From assembly GCA_050118275.1 (NCBI GenBank), contig JASFLD010000001.1, forward strand, positions 1-39,263: 39,263 nucleotides of DNA, in the 5' to 3' direction. The stretch is from Gemmatimonadales bacterium (GTDB lineage: Bacteria; Gemmatimonadota; Gemmatimonadetes; Palauibacterales; KS3-K002). A program made the translations under genes and the position numbers. The notes under the pieces are model-generated. The model did no database searches. It was given only the letters and a program-made list of their open reading frames with translations, and had not been told where the DNA came from. This document shows, one piece after another, positions 1 to 8,945 of this stretch. Positions within the stretch are counted from its first letter, which is position 1; every line of letters starts with the position of its first letter.

Positions 1-302
1 AGACCTGTCATATCCCCCATGCTGGGGGGGCGACGATGAGCAGGACACCGAGCGGTCGCCGGCCATCGGTGGGGCTGGTGCACGCGACGAACGGACCGAT
101 CCGTTCACGTCGGGCCGAAGCTACGTCCACGCGCGTATCCCTGCAAGCGGGGCTGGAGGACATTGACACGGCCACCAGTGGAGCGGAGGCCGGCAGCCTG
201 CGATGCCAACCATCGCCGGACCTGGGGCGTCTAAACGAGCGAGGGACCGTTCAGTGGGACAGCTGAATAGGGACCGGACCGGGAGTAGTCAGGGACAAAT
301 GG

Positions 303-2978
303 ATGAGGCCCTTGGCCCTGCGGCTGGCGTCACTGTTGACGCTGCTGGCGTTACTGGGAGTAGATTCGGCAAAGGCAGACGAGAAGGGAAAGAAGAATCG
401 CGAACCCGATCCCGGACCGTACCGGGCCGTGGCGGTGCGGGCGAACCCGGGGACGCCCGATCTCGATGGGCGTCTGGACGACCCGGCCTGGGCGTTCGCG
501 CAGCCGATAGAGGATTTCACCCAGCGAGATCCGAACGAGGGTGAGCCGGCCAGCGAGCGCACCATCGCGTACGTCCTGTACGACGACGGCGCGCTGTATG
601 TTGGCATCAAGGCGTACGACAGCGAGCCGGACAAGATTGTCGGACAGCTCACTCGCCGAGATCAATTCTCGTCATCGGATTGGCTGATCGTCAGCATCGA
701 CTCCTACCACGATAGACGGACCGCCTTCACCTTCGCCGTCAATCCGGCCGGCGTCGAACAGGACAGCTACCTGTTCGATGACACCAACGAAGATGATTCG
801 TGGAACGCGGTGTGGGACGTAGCGGCCAGCGTGGATGATGAGGGGTGGGCGGCGGAGTTCCGGATCCCGTTCTCGCAGCTGCGCTTCTCGGATGCGCCGG
901 AGCAGGTCTGGGGCTTCAATATCTCCCGGGTGATCCAGCGCCACAACGAGACCGTCCAGTGGAAGCCGATAGCGAAAGACGCTTCCGGTTGGGTGTCCGA
1001 GTTCGGTGAGCTGGTCGGGATCGATGGAATCCAGCCACCGCGGCGTCTGGAGGTTCTGCCGTACGTGGTGGCGCAAGGAGCGCTGACCCCGGTGCAAGAG
1101 GGCAATCCGTTCGAGACCGGTTCGGAGTTCACCGGATCCTTGGGCGGCGACGTCCGCTACGGGCTGACCAACAGCCTCACGCTGAACATGACCGTGAATC
1201 CGGACTTCGGCCAGGTCGAGGCCGACCCATCCGTCGTGAACCTCTCAGCCTTCGAAACGTTCTTCTCCGAGAAACGTCCCTTCTTCCTAGAGGGAGCCAA
1301 CATCTTCTCCTTCGGCATCGGTGGCAACGGCAACATGGAGCAGCTGTTCTACTCGCGGCGTATCGGTCGCAGCCCGCAGGGGTCGGCCGATGAGCGGGGT
1401 GGGTTTGCAGATTACCCCGTGAACACGACGATCCTGGCCGCGGGCAAGGTATCGGGCAAGACGGCGGACGGCTGGTCGGTGGGCGTGCTGGACGCGGTGA
1501 CGGCCAAGGAGAAAGCCGTCGTCATCGATGCCGAGGGGATGAGACACGAGGACATCGTCGAGCCGCTAACCAACTATGGCGTCGCGCGGTTGCAGAAGGA
1601 CTTCAACGGCGGACGCAGCGCGTTGGGCGGTATCATCACCTCCGTGAATCGCCGGCTGCCGCTGGCGCTCCGGGATCTGCGCTCGAACGCCTACGCGGGA
1701 GGCATTGATGGTCGGCACCGGTTCGGCAGCGGGAACTGGGAGATGACGGGCCAGTTGCTCGTTTCGCGCGTCGGCGGATCCGAGGAAGCGATCGCCAGTA
1801 CCCAGACGAGCTCGGCGCGCTACTTCCAGCGCCCCGATGCCGAGCATCTGGACTACGATCCGACGCGGCGTTCGCTGAGCGGAACGAGCGGGTCGTTCGG
1901 CTTGGGTAAGATCGGGGGCGGCCGCTGGCGCGGTTCGGTCGCGGCCAGCTGGGTTTCGCCGGGTTTCGAGGCCAACGATCTCGGGTTCCTGCGGCAGGCC
2001 GACGTATTCCGCAACAGTCTCTGGATCGGTTATCGCGAGTTCGAGCCGGGCAAGATATTCCGGCGCTACAATGTGAACTTCAACGTCTGGAATTGGAACA
2101 CCTTCGGTGGCGAGCGCACGGCCACCGGCTCGAACGTCAACGGCAGTTTCACCCTACTGAACTACTGGGGCGGCTTCGCCTATCTGAATCACGAGTTCTC
2201 GGCGGTCACGACGCAGACGCTGCGAGGCGGGCCGTCCATGACCTACCCTTCGAGTTGGAATTGGGAGGCCGGGTTCTTCAGCGACAGCCGCAAAGCGGTC
2301 GAGTTGGAGGCGGGAACCTGGCGTTGGTTCGATCAGGAGCGGTCGGATGCGGGCGGCTACTTCGCCTACCTCGGCTTCAGGCCGTTGGCCAATTTCAACT
2401 TCTCGGTGGGGCCCCAATACAGGTGGACGAACGACGATTGGCAGTTCGTCGACAGCCAGGAAGCGCTCGGCGAGCCGCGGTACATCATGGGCGTACTGGA
2501 TCAGAAGACGATCGCGCTGACGACACGCCTCGAGTGGACGTTCACGCCGGATCTGAGCCTGCAGCTTTACGCCCAGCCCTTCGTCTCGGCGGGCAGTTAT
2601 ACTGGCTTCAAGCAAGTCGTCGAACCGCACGCGTCGGCCTACGACGATCGTTTCGACACGTTCGGCCCCGATCGAATTGCCTACGAGGAGAGCACGCGTC
2701 CCGATGTGCCGGGCACGTATAGCGTCGATATCGATGCGAACGGGACGAGCGACCTCGTCTTCGACGACCCGAACTTCACCGTGAAAGAGCTTCGTTCCAC
2801 CGTGGTACTGCGATGGGAGTACCTTTCCGGGTCGACACTGTTCTTCGTCTGGTCGATGAACAAGTCGGCCGGCGACTACAGCGGCCGCTTCGATCCGCTC
2901 GACGACCTCGGTTCCCTTCGTGACATCGAAGGTGACAACATCTTCAGCATCAAGGTCAATTACTATCTGAGACCGTAA
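303..2978 (+). CDS. Secreted carbohydrate-binding family 9-like / DUF5916-type protein (probable large beta-rich envelope protein)
   Basis: ATG at 303 has AGGGA about 8 nt upstream. There is an N-terminal signal peptide (MRPLALRLASLLTLLALLG...AKA). The N-terminal ~200 aa (DGRLDDPAW...IEDFTQRDPNEGEP...YVLYDDGALYVG...WAAEFRIPFSQLRF) match my recollection of the CBM9/DOMON-like head of DUF5916 proteins. The C-terminal part is long and beta-rich. Family recalled from memory, not searched. Confidence 0.75.
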   Translation: MRPLALRLASLLTLLALLGVDSAKADEKGKKNREPDPGPYRAVAVRANPGTPDLDGRLDDPAWAFAQPIEDFTQRDPNEGEPASERTIAYVLYDDGALYVGIKAYDSEPDKIVGQLTRRDQFSSSDWLIVSIDSYHDRRTAFTFAVNPAGVEQDSYLFDDTNEDDSWNAVWDVAASVDDEGWAAEFRIPFSQLRFSDAPEQVWGFNISRVIQRHNETVQWKPIAKDASGWVSEFGELVGIDGIQPPRRLEVLPYVVAQGALTPVQEGNPFETGSEFTGSLGGDVRYGLTNSLTLNMTVNPDFGQVEADPSVVNLSAFETFFSEKRPFFLEGANIFSFGIGGNGNMEQLFYSRRIGRSPQGSADERGGFADYPVNTTILAAGKVSGKTADGWSVGVLDAVTAKEKAVVIDAEGMRHEDIVEPLTNYGVARLQKDFNGGRSALGGIITSVNRRLPLALRDLRSNAYAGGIDGRHRFGSGNWEMTGQLLVSRVGGSEEAIASTQTSSARYFQRPDAEHLDYDPTRRSLSGTSGSFGLGKIGGGRWRGSVAASWVSPGFEANDLGFLRQADVFRNSLWIGYREFEPGKIFRRYNVNFNVWNWNTFGGERTATGSNVNGSFTLLNYWGGFAYLNHEFSAVTTQTLRGGPSMTYPSSWNWEAGFFSDSRKAVELEAGTWRWFDQERSDAGGYFAYLGFRPLANFNFSVGPQYRWTNDDWQFVDSQEALGEPRYIMGVLDQKTIALTTRLEWTFTPDLSLQLYAQPFVSAGSYTGFKQVVEPHASAYDDRFDTFGPDRIAYEESTRPDVPGTYSVDIDANGTSDLVFDDPNFTVKELRSTVVLRWEYLSGSTLFFVWSMNKSAGDYSGRFDPLDDLGSLRDIEGDNIFSIKVNYYLRP

Positions 2979-3051
2979 CCGTCGGGGAGAGCCGGATGCG
3001 GGGACGCCGTGTTGGCACTTAGGTGCGAGCACGGCGCTTGCCGTCGGGCGC

Positions 3052-3069
3052 CCTCGCGCCGGCGCGAGG
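3052..3069 (+). terminator. Possible stem-loop terminator downstream of the DUF5916-type gene
   Basis: CCTCGCG-CCGG-CGCGAGG forms a perfect 7-bp GC stem with a 4-nt loop, about 75 nt after the stop at 2978. Only a weak U-containing tail (CCGAUUCGAC) follows. Confidence 0.25.
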
Positions 3070-3141
3070 CCGATTCGACAGCGGCCGGCCGGCGCACGAT
3101 ATTGCCCGGACGGAGATAGAGAACTGTGGACTGGAGGAGGT

Positions 3142-3879
3142 ATGCGCTTCAGCGGGAGAGTGGCGTTCGTGACGGGTGCATCGAGCGGCATCGGCCGGGC
3201 GTGCGGTGTGCGTTTCGCCGAGGAGGGCGCCGGGGTTTTCGCGGTCGCACGACGCGAAGACCGGCTGGACGCCACGTTCGACAACTACGCCGTCGCCGAT
3301 GTGACCGTCGATGAGGAGGTGCGATTAGCGATCGAAAGTTGCATCGACCGCTTCGGTCGCATCGACTATCTGATCAACGCGGCCGGCATCATCGGCACGG
3401 GTGGGGCGCTCGACACGCCACCGGATGAGTGGGAACGCCTGTTCGCGAGCAACGTCGATAGTGTCTACTACGTGACGCGGCACGCGGCGCCGCACATGAT
3501 CGAGACCGGAGGCGCTATCGTCAATGTATCGTCCGTCACCAGCCTGCGCCCGTATGGCAATCTGCTCGGCTATTGTGCCTCGAAGGCGGCGGTGGACATG
3601 ATGACCCGGTGCATCGCTCTCGAGCTGGCGCCTCACGGTGTACGAGTCAATGCGGTGAATCCGGGCGTCGTGGTGACCGAGCTACATACGGTCAGAGGGA
3701 CGGTGCCCGACTACGAAGCGTTCCTCGAGCGCTCGAAGCAGACTCACGCGCTTGGCCGAGTGGGCCAGCCGGAGGAGATCGCCGCGCTGTGCGCGTTCTT
3801 GTGCTCGGATGAAGCGGGCTGGATAACGGGTGGCATCCACTCGATCGACGGGGGGCGCGCGCTGCTTTCGGCGCGGTGA
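3142..3879 (+). CDS. SDR family (short-chain dehydrogenase/reductase) oxidoreductase
   Basis: Carries the TGASSGIGRA Rossmann motif, NAAG, the catalytic Ser...YxxxK (YCASKAAV) and NPGVV. GGAGG lies 4-5 nt upstream of the ATG. Confidence 0.9.
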   Translation: MRFSGRVAFVTGASSGIGRACGVRFAEEGAGVFAVARREDRLDATFDNYAVADVTVDEEVRLAIESCIDRFGRIDYLINAAGIIGTGGALDTPPDEWERLFASNVDSVYYVTRHAAPHMIETGGAIVNVSSVTSLRPYGNLLGYCASKAAVDMMTRCIALELAPHGVRVNAVNPGVVVTELHTVRGTVPDYEAFLERSKQTHALGRVGQPEEIAALCAFLCSDEAGWITGGIHSIDGGRALLSAR

Positions 3880-3886
3880 TGCCGAT

Positions 3887-4783
3887 TCAAGCCTGAGCTT
3901 CAAGCGCTGTGACGATCGACGCGGCCACGCCGGCGTTGTTCGCCAGCAGCCCCAGGTTCGCCTCGAGCGAGCGCCCTCCGGTATGTTCGGCGATCCTGGC
4001 CAGCATGAAGGGTGTGACGGCGGGCCCGGTGACGCCGGCCATGTCGAGGTCGCTCAGAGTCCGCGACACGGCGCGCTCGGTCTCGTCCCGGCTCAGCGCG
4101 ACATCGGCCGGAGGCGGGACACAGACGAGCAGGGCTCCCGGCGCAGCGATCTCCCGCGCGGCGTGCCAGATCTCGGCGACCTGCTCGGCGCTGTCGACCC
4201 GTGTGGCGAGCCGCAGGCCGCTGGCGGCGGACCAGAACGCCGGCAACTCGTCGGTCCCGTAGCCGACGACGGCGATTCCCAGCGTCTCCAGCCGCTCGAG
4301 CGTCGCTCGCAGGTTGACGATCGCCTTCGCGCCCGAGCAGACCAGAACGACGCGGGTGCGCCCCAGTTCATTCAGGTCGGCCGAGACATCGAGGGTCTCA
4401 GGCAGCCCATGGCCCACGTGCACGCCACCGATGCCACCCGTCGCCACCACCGTCAGCCCCGCTCGTTGGGCTAGGAAAACGGTAGCGGCTACCGTCGTTC
4501 CGCCGTGCGCTCGTCGCGCCAGCGCTGCCGGTAGGTCGCGCGTGCTAAGCTTGGCGTCTTGCCGGGCCAGGAGCTCGATCTCGTCGCGCTCGAGACCGAC
4601 GATTGGCCGTCCAGCGATCACGCCGATAAAGGCTGGAACGACGCCACCGCCGCGGGTGGCGTCGGCCATGCGCTCCGCGGCGATCAGCCGCTGGTCCACC
4701 GGAAGACCACTGGTCAGAAAGGCCGTCTCGATGGCGACCGCCGGCGCTGCGACGCGCGCGACCAAGGGACTCCTATCCGTCAC
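3887..4783 (-). CDS. psuG: Pseudouridine-5'-phosphate glycosidase
   Basis: Collinear over its full length with E. coli YeiN/PsuG as I recall it (VPAFIGVI.G...VGL...EIELLA, ATGGIGGVH, DVSADLNEL, VCSGAKAI, TPFMLARI..TGGRSL..N). The GTG start at 4783 directly abuts the TGA stop (4784-4786) of the upstream M14 gene. Confidence 0.9.
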   Translation of the reverse strand: MTDRSPLVARVAAPAVAIETAFLTSGLPVDQRLIAAERMADATRGGGVVPAFIGVIAGRPIVGLERDEIELLARQDAKLSTRDLPAALARRAHGGTTVAATVFLAQRAGLTVVATGGIGGVHVGHGLPETLDVSADLNELGRTRVVLVCSGAKAIVNLRATLERLETLGIAVVGYGTDELPAFWSAASGLRLATRVDSAEQVAEIWHAAREIAAPGALLVCVPPPADVALSRDETERAVSRTLSDLDMAGVTGPAVTPFMLARIAEHTGGRSLEANLGLLANNAGVAASIVTALEAQA

Positions 4784-7393
4784 TCAAAACTCTCGGGTCT
4801 GCGAGGTTTCGGCGGCGCTCGAGTACACGGCATTGAACAGAACCTTGAACGTCTCGTGCGACTGGCCACGGTAGTGAGGACGGAATCCGAACAGGATGAC
4901 GTTACCGTCGCCGTAGCTCGATTCCACGAGTGCGGCTTTGCCAGCCAGGAAATCGGGATTGATGGCATAGCCGCTGAGCAGCTGTCCCTCGTCTGGATAG
5001 GTGGCGACGACGGTCACCCCGTCCGCGTCGTCGGCCACACTGAACAGGGGGCTGTTCGAGTAGTAAATCGCCGTCCGTTCCGGCATGCCGTAGCCCAGCG
5101 GGTGGCTCGGATCGATCGACACGGACATGATCGAACCGGGCGCGTAGAAGGCCCGGCCGCTCCGCTGTTCTCCGGACGGCGGCAAGATATCTTCTACCGC
5201 CAGGCCGAACTGCTCGATGGCGAAGTCGGTGGATGCGTCCAGGCAGATCAACGTGCCGCCCGACCTGACGAATTCGCGCAGCGCTTGGACCCCGGTATCG
5301 CCCAGGCCACCGGCGTATTCGGGTGGCACCGACCCCGGTTGACGACCTTCGACGATCGATCGTGGAGAGAGGTCCGGCAAAATGATGGCAGAGTACCGCT
5401 GGCGAAGCGCACCCGCCCGTATCTCTGCGTCGTGGAGCGTCTCATAGGGAAGCTCCCAGTTGTCGAACACCCACCGGGCCCAGCCCTCGTCCATCGAGGC
5501 GGTCCACGGTTGGTATAGACCCACCCTCAAATCACCTAGCTGGGTCCCGGTCACCCGTCCCGAGAGCGCTGAAGCCGACAGGCCTTGCGAGTCCGCCAGC
5601 TCGCTCAGCAGATCCCGGACTTCTGGACCGCTGAGCACGGCGCTGCCGACGGGCCAGGTACGGTCGCCGGCAGCGAGTGCTTCCGTCAGCAGCGTCACCG
5701 CGCCCCCGGCCGCCAGCGTGCGGTGGATGGCGAGGTTGGCGGCATTGGTAGCGTTGGCCACGATGTAGGCGGATCCCGTACCCGTGACCGAGCCGCTCGG
5801 CGGATGTACGGCCGCTGTCTCGAGCTCCAGCTCGGCCTCGAAAGGCGAGGCGACCTCGACCGCCTCCACGCCCATCTGAAGCGGCAGCGTCCACCCGGCC
5901 ACATCGTAGGGCGCGTCTGGTGGTCCGCCTGGATAGACGCGCAGGTCCGGATATTTCTGCCGCTCCAGCAGATCCTTCGCGTGCGCGCGGTAAGGCTGTG
6001 CCATCAGGACTACCCAATCGCCGGCCTGGTAGTCGACCCCGGCAGCCGCGAACGGGCCCTGCGCCCTGTGAACCTCCACGCCGCCGCGCTGGAGCAGGCG
6101 CAGCATGGCGACGGCCGCACCGACGTCGCGCTGTTGGCGGGGCACGATGTAGGCGAACGGCGGTTCGCTGCGGCCGGCTTCGATGGCGCGCCGTCCCACC
6201 TCGACGTAGTTGTGGATCAGCTGGCGGCGTTGGCGTGCGGCGTGAGCGATGAGCGAGCGGCAAGCGATCTGTTGATAGTCGATGATGTCGCGGATGCGCC
6301 ACCAGCCACCCGACCAGGGGTCGGGATAGGCGATGGTGGGCCGGGTCTCGTTCTCGAATTCCTCGGGTTCTTGAAAGATGGGGGACGCGAGACGCGCGCT
6401 GGCCGACTCGGAGAGGATGCCGATCATGTTGTGACGCGCCGGAACCGTGCGCAGCCCGCCGTGCCACCAGAGGTCGAACCGTTGGCTATTGACCACGCCG
6501 GATTTTCCCGCCGCCTCCAGGTCGGTGGACATCTGCAGGCCGGCCAGCGATATCATGCGTACGATCAGGGGGTCCAGGTTGGGATTGACGGGATCGTCGA
6601 ACGGCGGGATGAACAGTCGCGCCCCTCGGTTACCCATCTGGTGGATGTCGTAGACGATTTCCGGGAACCACTCCTGGTACAGCAGGTCGTTGACCATTCG
6701 GCTCTCGACCTGCGTGAGCATGAAGAAGTCACGGTTATTGTCGTGGCCTACATAGGGGTGGTACAGCCAGGGCATCCCGGTCCCCTCGTAGGGCGTTCCC
6801 AAAGTGCGCGCGTACCACTCGGTCACCATCTGCTGGCCGTCTGGATTGACGGACGGGAGGAGGATCGCCACGACGTTCTGGAGCGCGGTCTGCATGTCCC
6901 GCTCGGTGGCCAGGCTGTAGGCCAATTCCATGACGCCCTGGCTGGACGCGATCTCGGTCGAGTGGATGTTGTGAGTGATCACCACGACGGCCGGTTGTGA
7001 CTCGAGCAAGCTCTCCAGTTCGTCGTCGCTCAGTCCGCGCGGGTCGGCCAGCTTCGCCTGGTTGGCGCGAATCGTGCCCAGCCGTGCGATGTTCTCCGGC
7101 GTGCTCACCGTGAAGGCGAGGAACGGCCGGCCCTGGGTGGTGCGGCCCAGCGTGTCGATACGCGCCGCCGGCGACGTCGCCGCCAGTTGGCTGAGGTAGC
7201 TGCCGATCGAATCCCAGCCGACAAGCTTGAAGTCGGCGCCGATCGGGAAACCCACGTAGTCGCCCGGGGCGACTACGACGGCCTCGCCTCCTGGGCTGGG
7301 GGGGGGACCAGCGACTTGACCCGGCAGTCGACCGGCTGTGAGTGTTAATGCGGAAATGATGAACGGGAGTACTAAACGTCGAGCGTTTGGCAT
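4784..7393 (-). CDS. M14 family zinc carboxypeptidase-like metallopeptidase (secreted, long form)
   Basis: HxxE zinc motif within VITHNIHSTEIAS, and SVNPDGQQM downstream. The ORF-track start (7597) would overlap the pfk 3' end. ATG at 7393 instead yields a signal peptide (MPNARRLVLPFIISALTLTAGRLPGQ), so I prefer it. Confidence 0.8.
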   Translation of the reverse strand: MPNARRLVLPFIISALTLTAGRLPGQVAGPPPSPGGEAVVVAPGDYVGFPIGADFKLVGWDSIGSYLSQLAATSPAARIDTLGRTTQGRPFLAFTVSTPENIARLGTIRANQAKLADPRGLSDDELESLLESQPAVVVITHNIHSTEIASSQGVMELAYSLATERDMQTALQNVVAILLPSVNPDGQQMVTEWYARTLGTPYEGTGMPWLYHPYVGHDNNRDFFMLTQVESRMVNDLLYQEWFPEIVYDIHQMGNRGARLFIPPFDDPVNPNLDPLIVRMISLAGLQMSTDLEAAGKSGVVNSQRFDLWWHGGLRTVPARHNMIGILSESASARLASPIFQEPEEFENETRPTIAYPDPWSGGWWRIRDIIDYQQIACRSLIAHAARQRRQLIHNYVEVGRRAIEAGRSEPPFAYIVPRQQRDVGAAVAMLRLLQRGGVEVHRAQGPFAAAGVDYQAGDWVVLMAQPYRAHAKDLLERQKYPDLRVYPGGPPDAPYDVAGWTLPLQMGVEAVEVASPFEAELELETAAVHPPSGSVTGTGSAYIVANATNAANLAIHRTLAAGGAVTLLTEALAAGDRTWPVGSAVLSGPEVRDLLSELADSQGLSASALSGRVTGTQLGDLRVGLYQPWTASMDEGWARWVFDNWELPYETLHDAEIRAGALRQRYSAIILPDLSPRSIVEGRQPGSVPPEYAGGLGDTGVQALREFVRSGGTLICLDASTDFAIEQFGLAVEDILPPSGEQRSGRAFYAPGSIMSVSIDPSHPLGYGMPERTAIYYSNSPLFSVADDADGVTVVATYPDEGQLLSGYAINPDFLAGKAALVESSYGDGNVILFGFRPHYRGQSHETFKVLFNAVYSSAAETSQTREF

Positions 7394-7448
7394 CTCGGGC
7401 CTTCTCTGTATTATGGCGATCACCCGCGCGAGGTTGAGAAGCGAAACC

Positions 7449-8810
7449 TTACATCCGGGTGGTTCGGTGGCAAGACAGCGGTTGGCCCGTGGTCGCCAGG
7501 ACACGCCGCCACACCTCGCCGTGCGGATCCAGACGTTTCCGCTTTCCGGCAACCAGGCGTAACGGCACGTGGGTGAAGGTGTGGTTCCAGTAGCCAACCA
7601 TCATGTCGGTGCGGCCCGCCAAACCAGCGTGGACCGCGTGCTGGCCCAGCGCCAGGCAGAAAGCGGAGTCCATCGAGTTTGCCGGCAAGCTGCGGATCGT
7701 GTAGCTGGGATCGATGTACTTGACGGTGGTCGAGATGCCACGCGCAGCGAAATGCCGCTCGATCTGCTCCCGCAGGAACGAGCCGATGTCACGCAGCCGG
7801 ACGTTGCCGGAGGCATCTCGCTCCTCCGCTCCCGCCTGCTCGACCAGGTCCTGCCCGGCCCCTTCGGCGATGGCCACGACCGCGTGATGGCGGTCGATGA
7901 TGCGCTTTTCCAGCGCCTCGAGAAAGCCCCCGGAACCTTCGAGGAAGAATGGGACCTCCGGGACAAGACAGAAGTTCACGTCGCCGCTGGCCAGTGTCGC
8001 GTGTGCGGTGATGAATCCCGAGTGGCGGCCCATCAGCTTGACGATTCCGATGCCGTTCCAGGCGCCGCGGGACTCGGCGTGAGCCGCGGCGATGGCCTTG
8101 CGTGCCTCATCGACAGCCGTGGAGAAGCCGAAGCTGCGCTCGGTCCATAGCAGGTCGTTGTCGATGGTCTTGGGTACACCCACGACGCCGATCTTCAAGC
8201 CACGGCGCGCAATCTCGGCCGCAAGCGCGGAGGCGCCGCGAAGCGTCCCATCCCCACCCAGGGCGAAGAGTAGGCCCACGCCGGACCTGAGCAGCGTATC
8301 CGTCATCACGCCCAAGTCTTGCGGCCCGCGCGAGCTGCCGAGCAGCGTGCCGCCATGCAGATGAATATTCTCCACGCGCTCGGCGTGCAGCAGTACGGGC
8401 TCGGCGGGGGGGGTGGCCGCGAGTCCGGCGTAACCGTAACGATAGCCGATGATGTGACGTACGCCGTAGTGGTGTCTGAGCGTCAGCACGATGGAGCGGA
8501 TCACGTCGTTGATGCCGGGACAGAGGCCGCCGCAGGTCACGATACCGCACGCGAGCCCTTCGGGTTGGAAGGCGAGCATCTCTCGGGGTCCGGCCAGCTC
8601 GAAGGATGGTTCCGCCTTTCCGGCGGCGCGGACCTGATCGAGCTGCCGCTTGCGTGCGAAGGTGAGGACCCCATCCCCCTCGTCGACGAATTCCTTGCGG
8701 CGCACCGCGAGGGGAGAGACGTGCTCGGCCGGGCACACCTGTGAGACGACGAGGTCCTCGGGTTCGGGAAGTGTGTCGGAAAGAAGTGTGTCGTCTGCTA
8801 CGTCATCCAT
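7449..8810 (-). CDS. pfkA: 6-phosphofructokinase, long (plant/actinobacterial-like) PFK-A family form
   Basis: Motifs GGLCPGINDVIR, GGDGTLRGA, PKTIDNDL and MGRHSGF are present. At 453 aa it has an N-terminal extension relative to the classical 320-aa PfkA. Confidence 0.9.
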   Translation of the reverse strand: MDDVADDTLLSDTLPEPEDLVVSQVCPAEHVSPLAVRRKEFVDEGDGVLTFARKRQLDQVRAAGKAEPSFELAGPREMLAFQPEGLACGIVTCGGLCPGINDVIRSIVLTLRHHYGVRHIIGYRYGYAGLAATPPAEPVLLHAERVENIHLHGGTLLGSSRGPQDLGVMTDTLLRSGVGLLFALGGDGTLRGASALAAEIARRGLKIGVVGVPKTIDNDLLWTERSFGFSTAVDEARKAIAAAHAESRGAWNGIGIVKLMGRHSGFITAHATLASGDVNFCLVPEVPFFLEGSGGFLEALEKRIIDRHHAVVAIAEGAGQDLVEQAGAEERDASGNVRLRDIGSFLREQIERHFAARGISTTVKYIDPSYTIRSLPANSMDSAFCLALGQHAVHAGLAGRTDMMVGYWNHTFTHVPLRLVAGKRKRLDPHGEVWRRVLATTGQPLSCHRTTRM

Positions 8811-8945
8811 GTCGTCCGTCGACTCGCGATGATCTCAGAAAAAGGGATCGGCCCGCGAGGGCCTCGCTTCGGGATAGAGAATAGTCCGGGAGAGCCGGGC
8901 CCGCGAGGGACGGAGCATCCGACCGCGGGGGCGGCCGGGTTTTTG

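Noticed and set aside
36-544. Short ORFs (36-266, 203-544) in the first 300 nt
   Set aside because: They are Arg/Ser/Gly-rich with no RBS, and one overlaps the well-supported gene starting at 303. The region is better treated as a non-coding upstream sequence. It contains small hairpins (CCCCCA-TGC-TGGGGG at about 14-28, and GAACGGA-CCGA-TCCGTTC at 89-106) of uncertain meaning.
2154-3284. 376-aa minus-strand ORF overlapping the end of the DUF5916-type gene and the start of the SDR gene
   Set aside because: It crosses an intergenic region and two well-supported plus-strand genes. Its composition is Arg/Pro/Ala-rich.
5585-7000. 471-aa ORF antisense to the M14 peptidase gene
   Set aside because: It is a typical high-GC shadow ORF, Arg/Gly/Ala/Pro-rich with no recognisable motif. 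It lies entirely inside a gene with clear family motifs on the other strand.
7394-7597. 68-codon N-terminal extension of the M14 peptidase ORF
   Set aside because: It would overlap the 3' end of pfk by about 150 nt and precede the signal peptide. The internal ATG at 7393 gives a canonical exported N-terminus.
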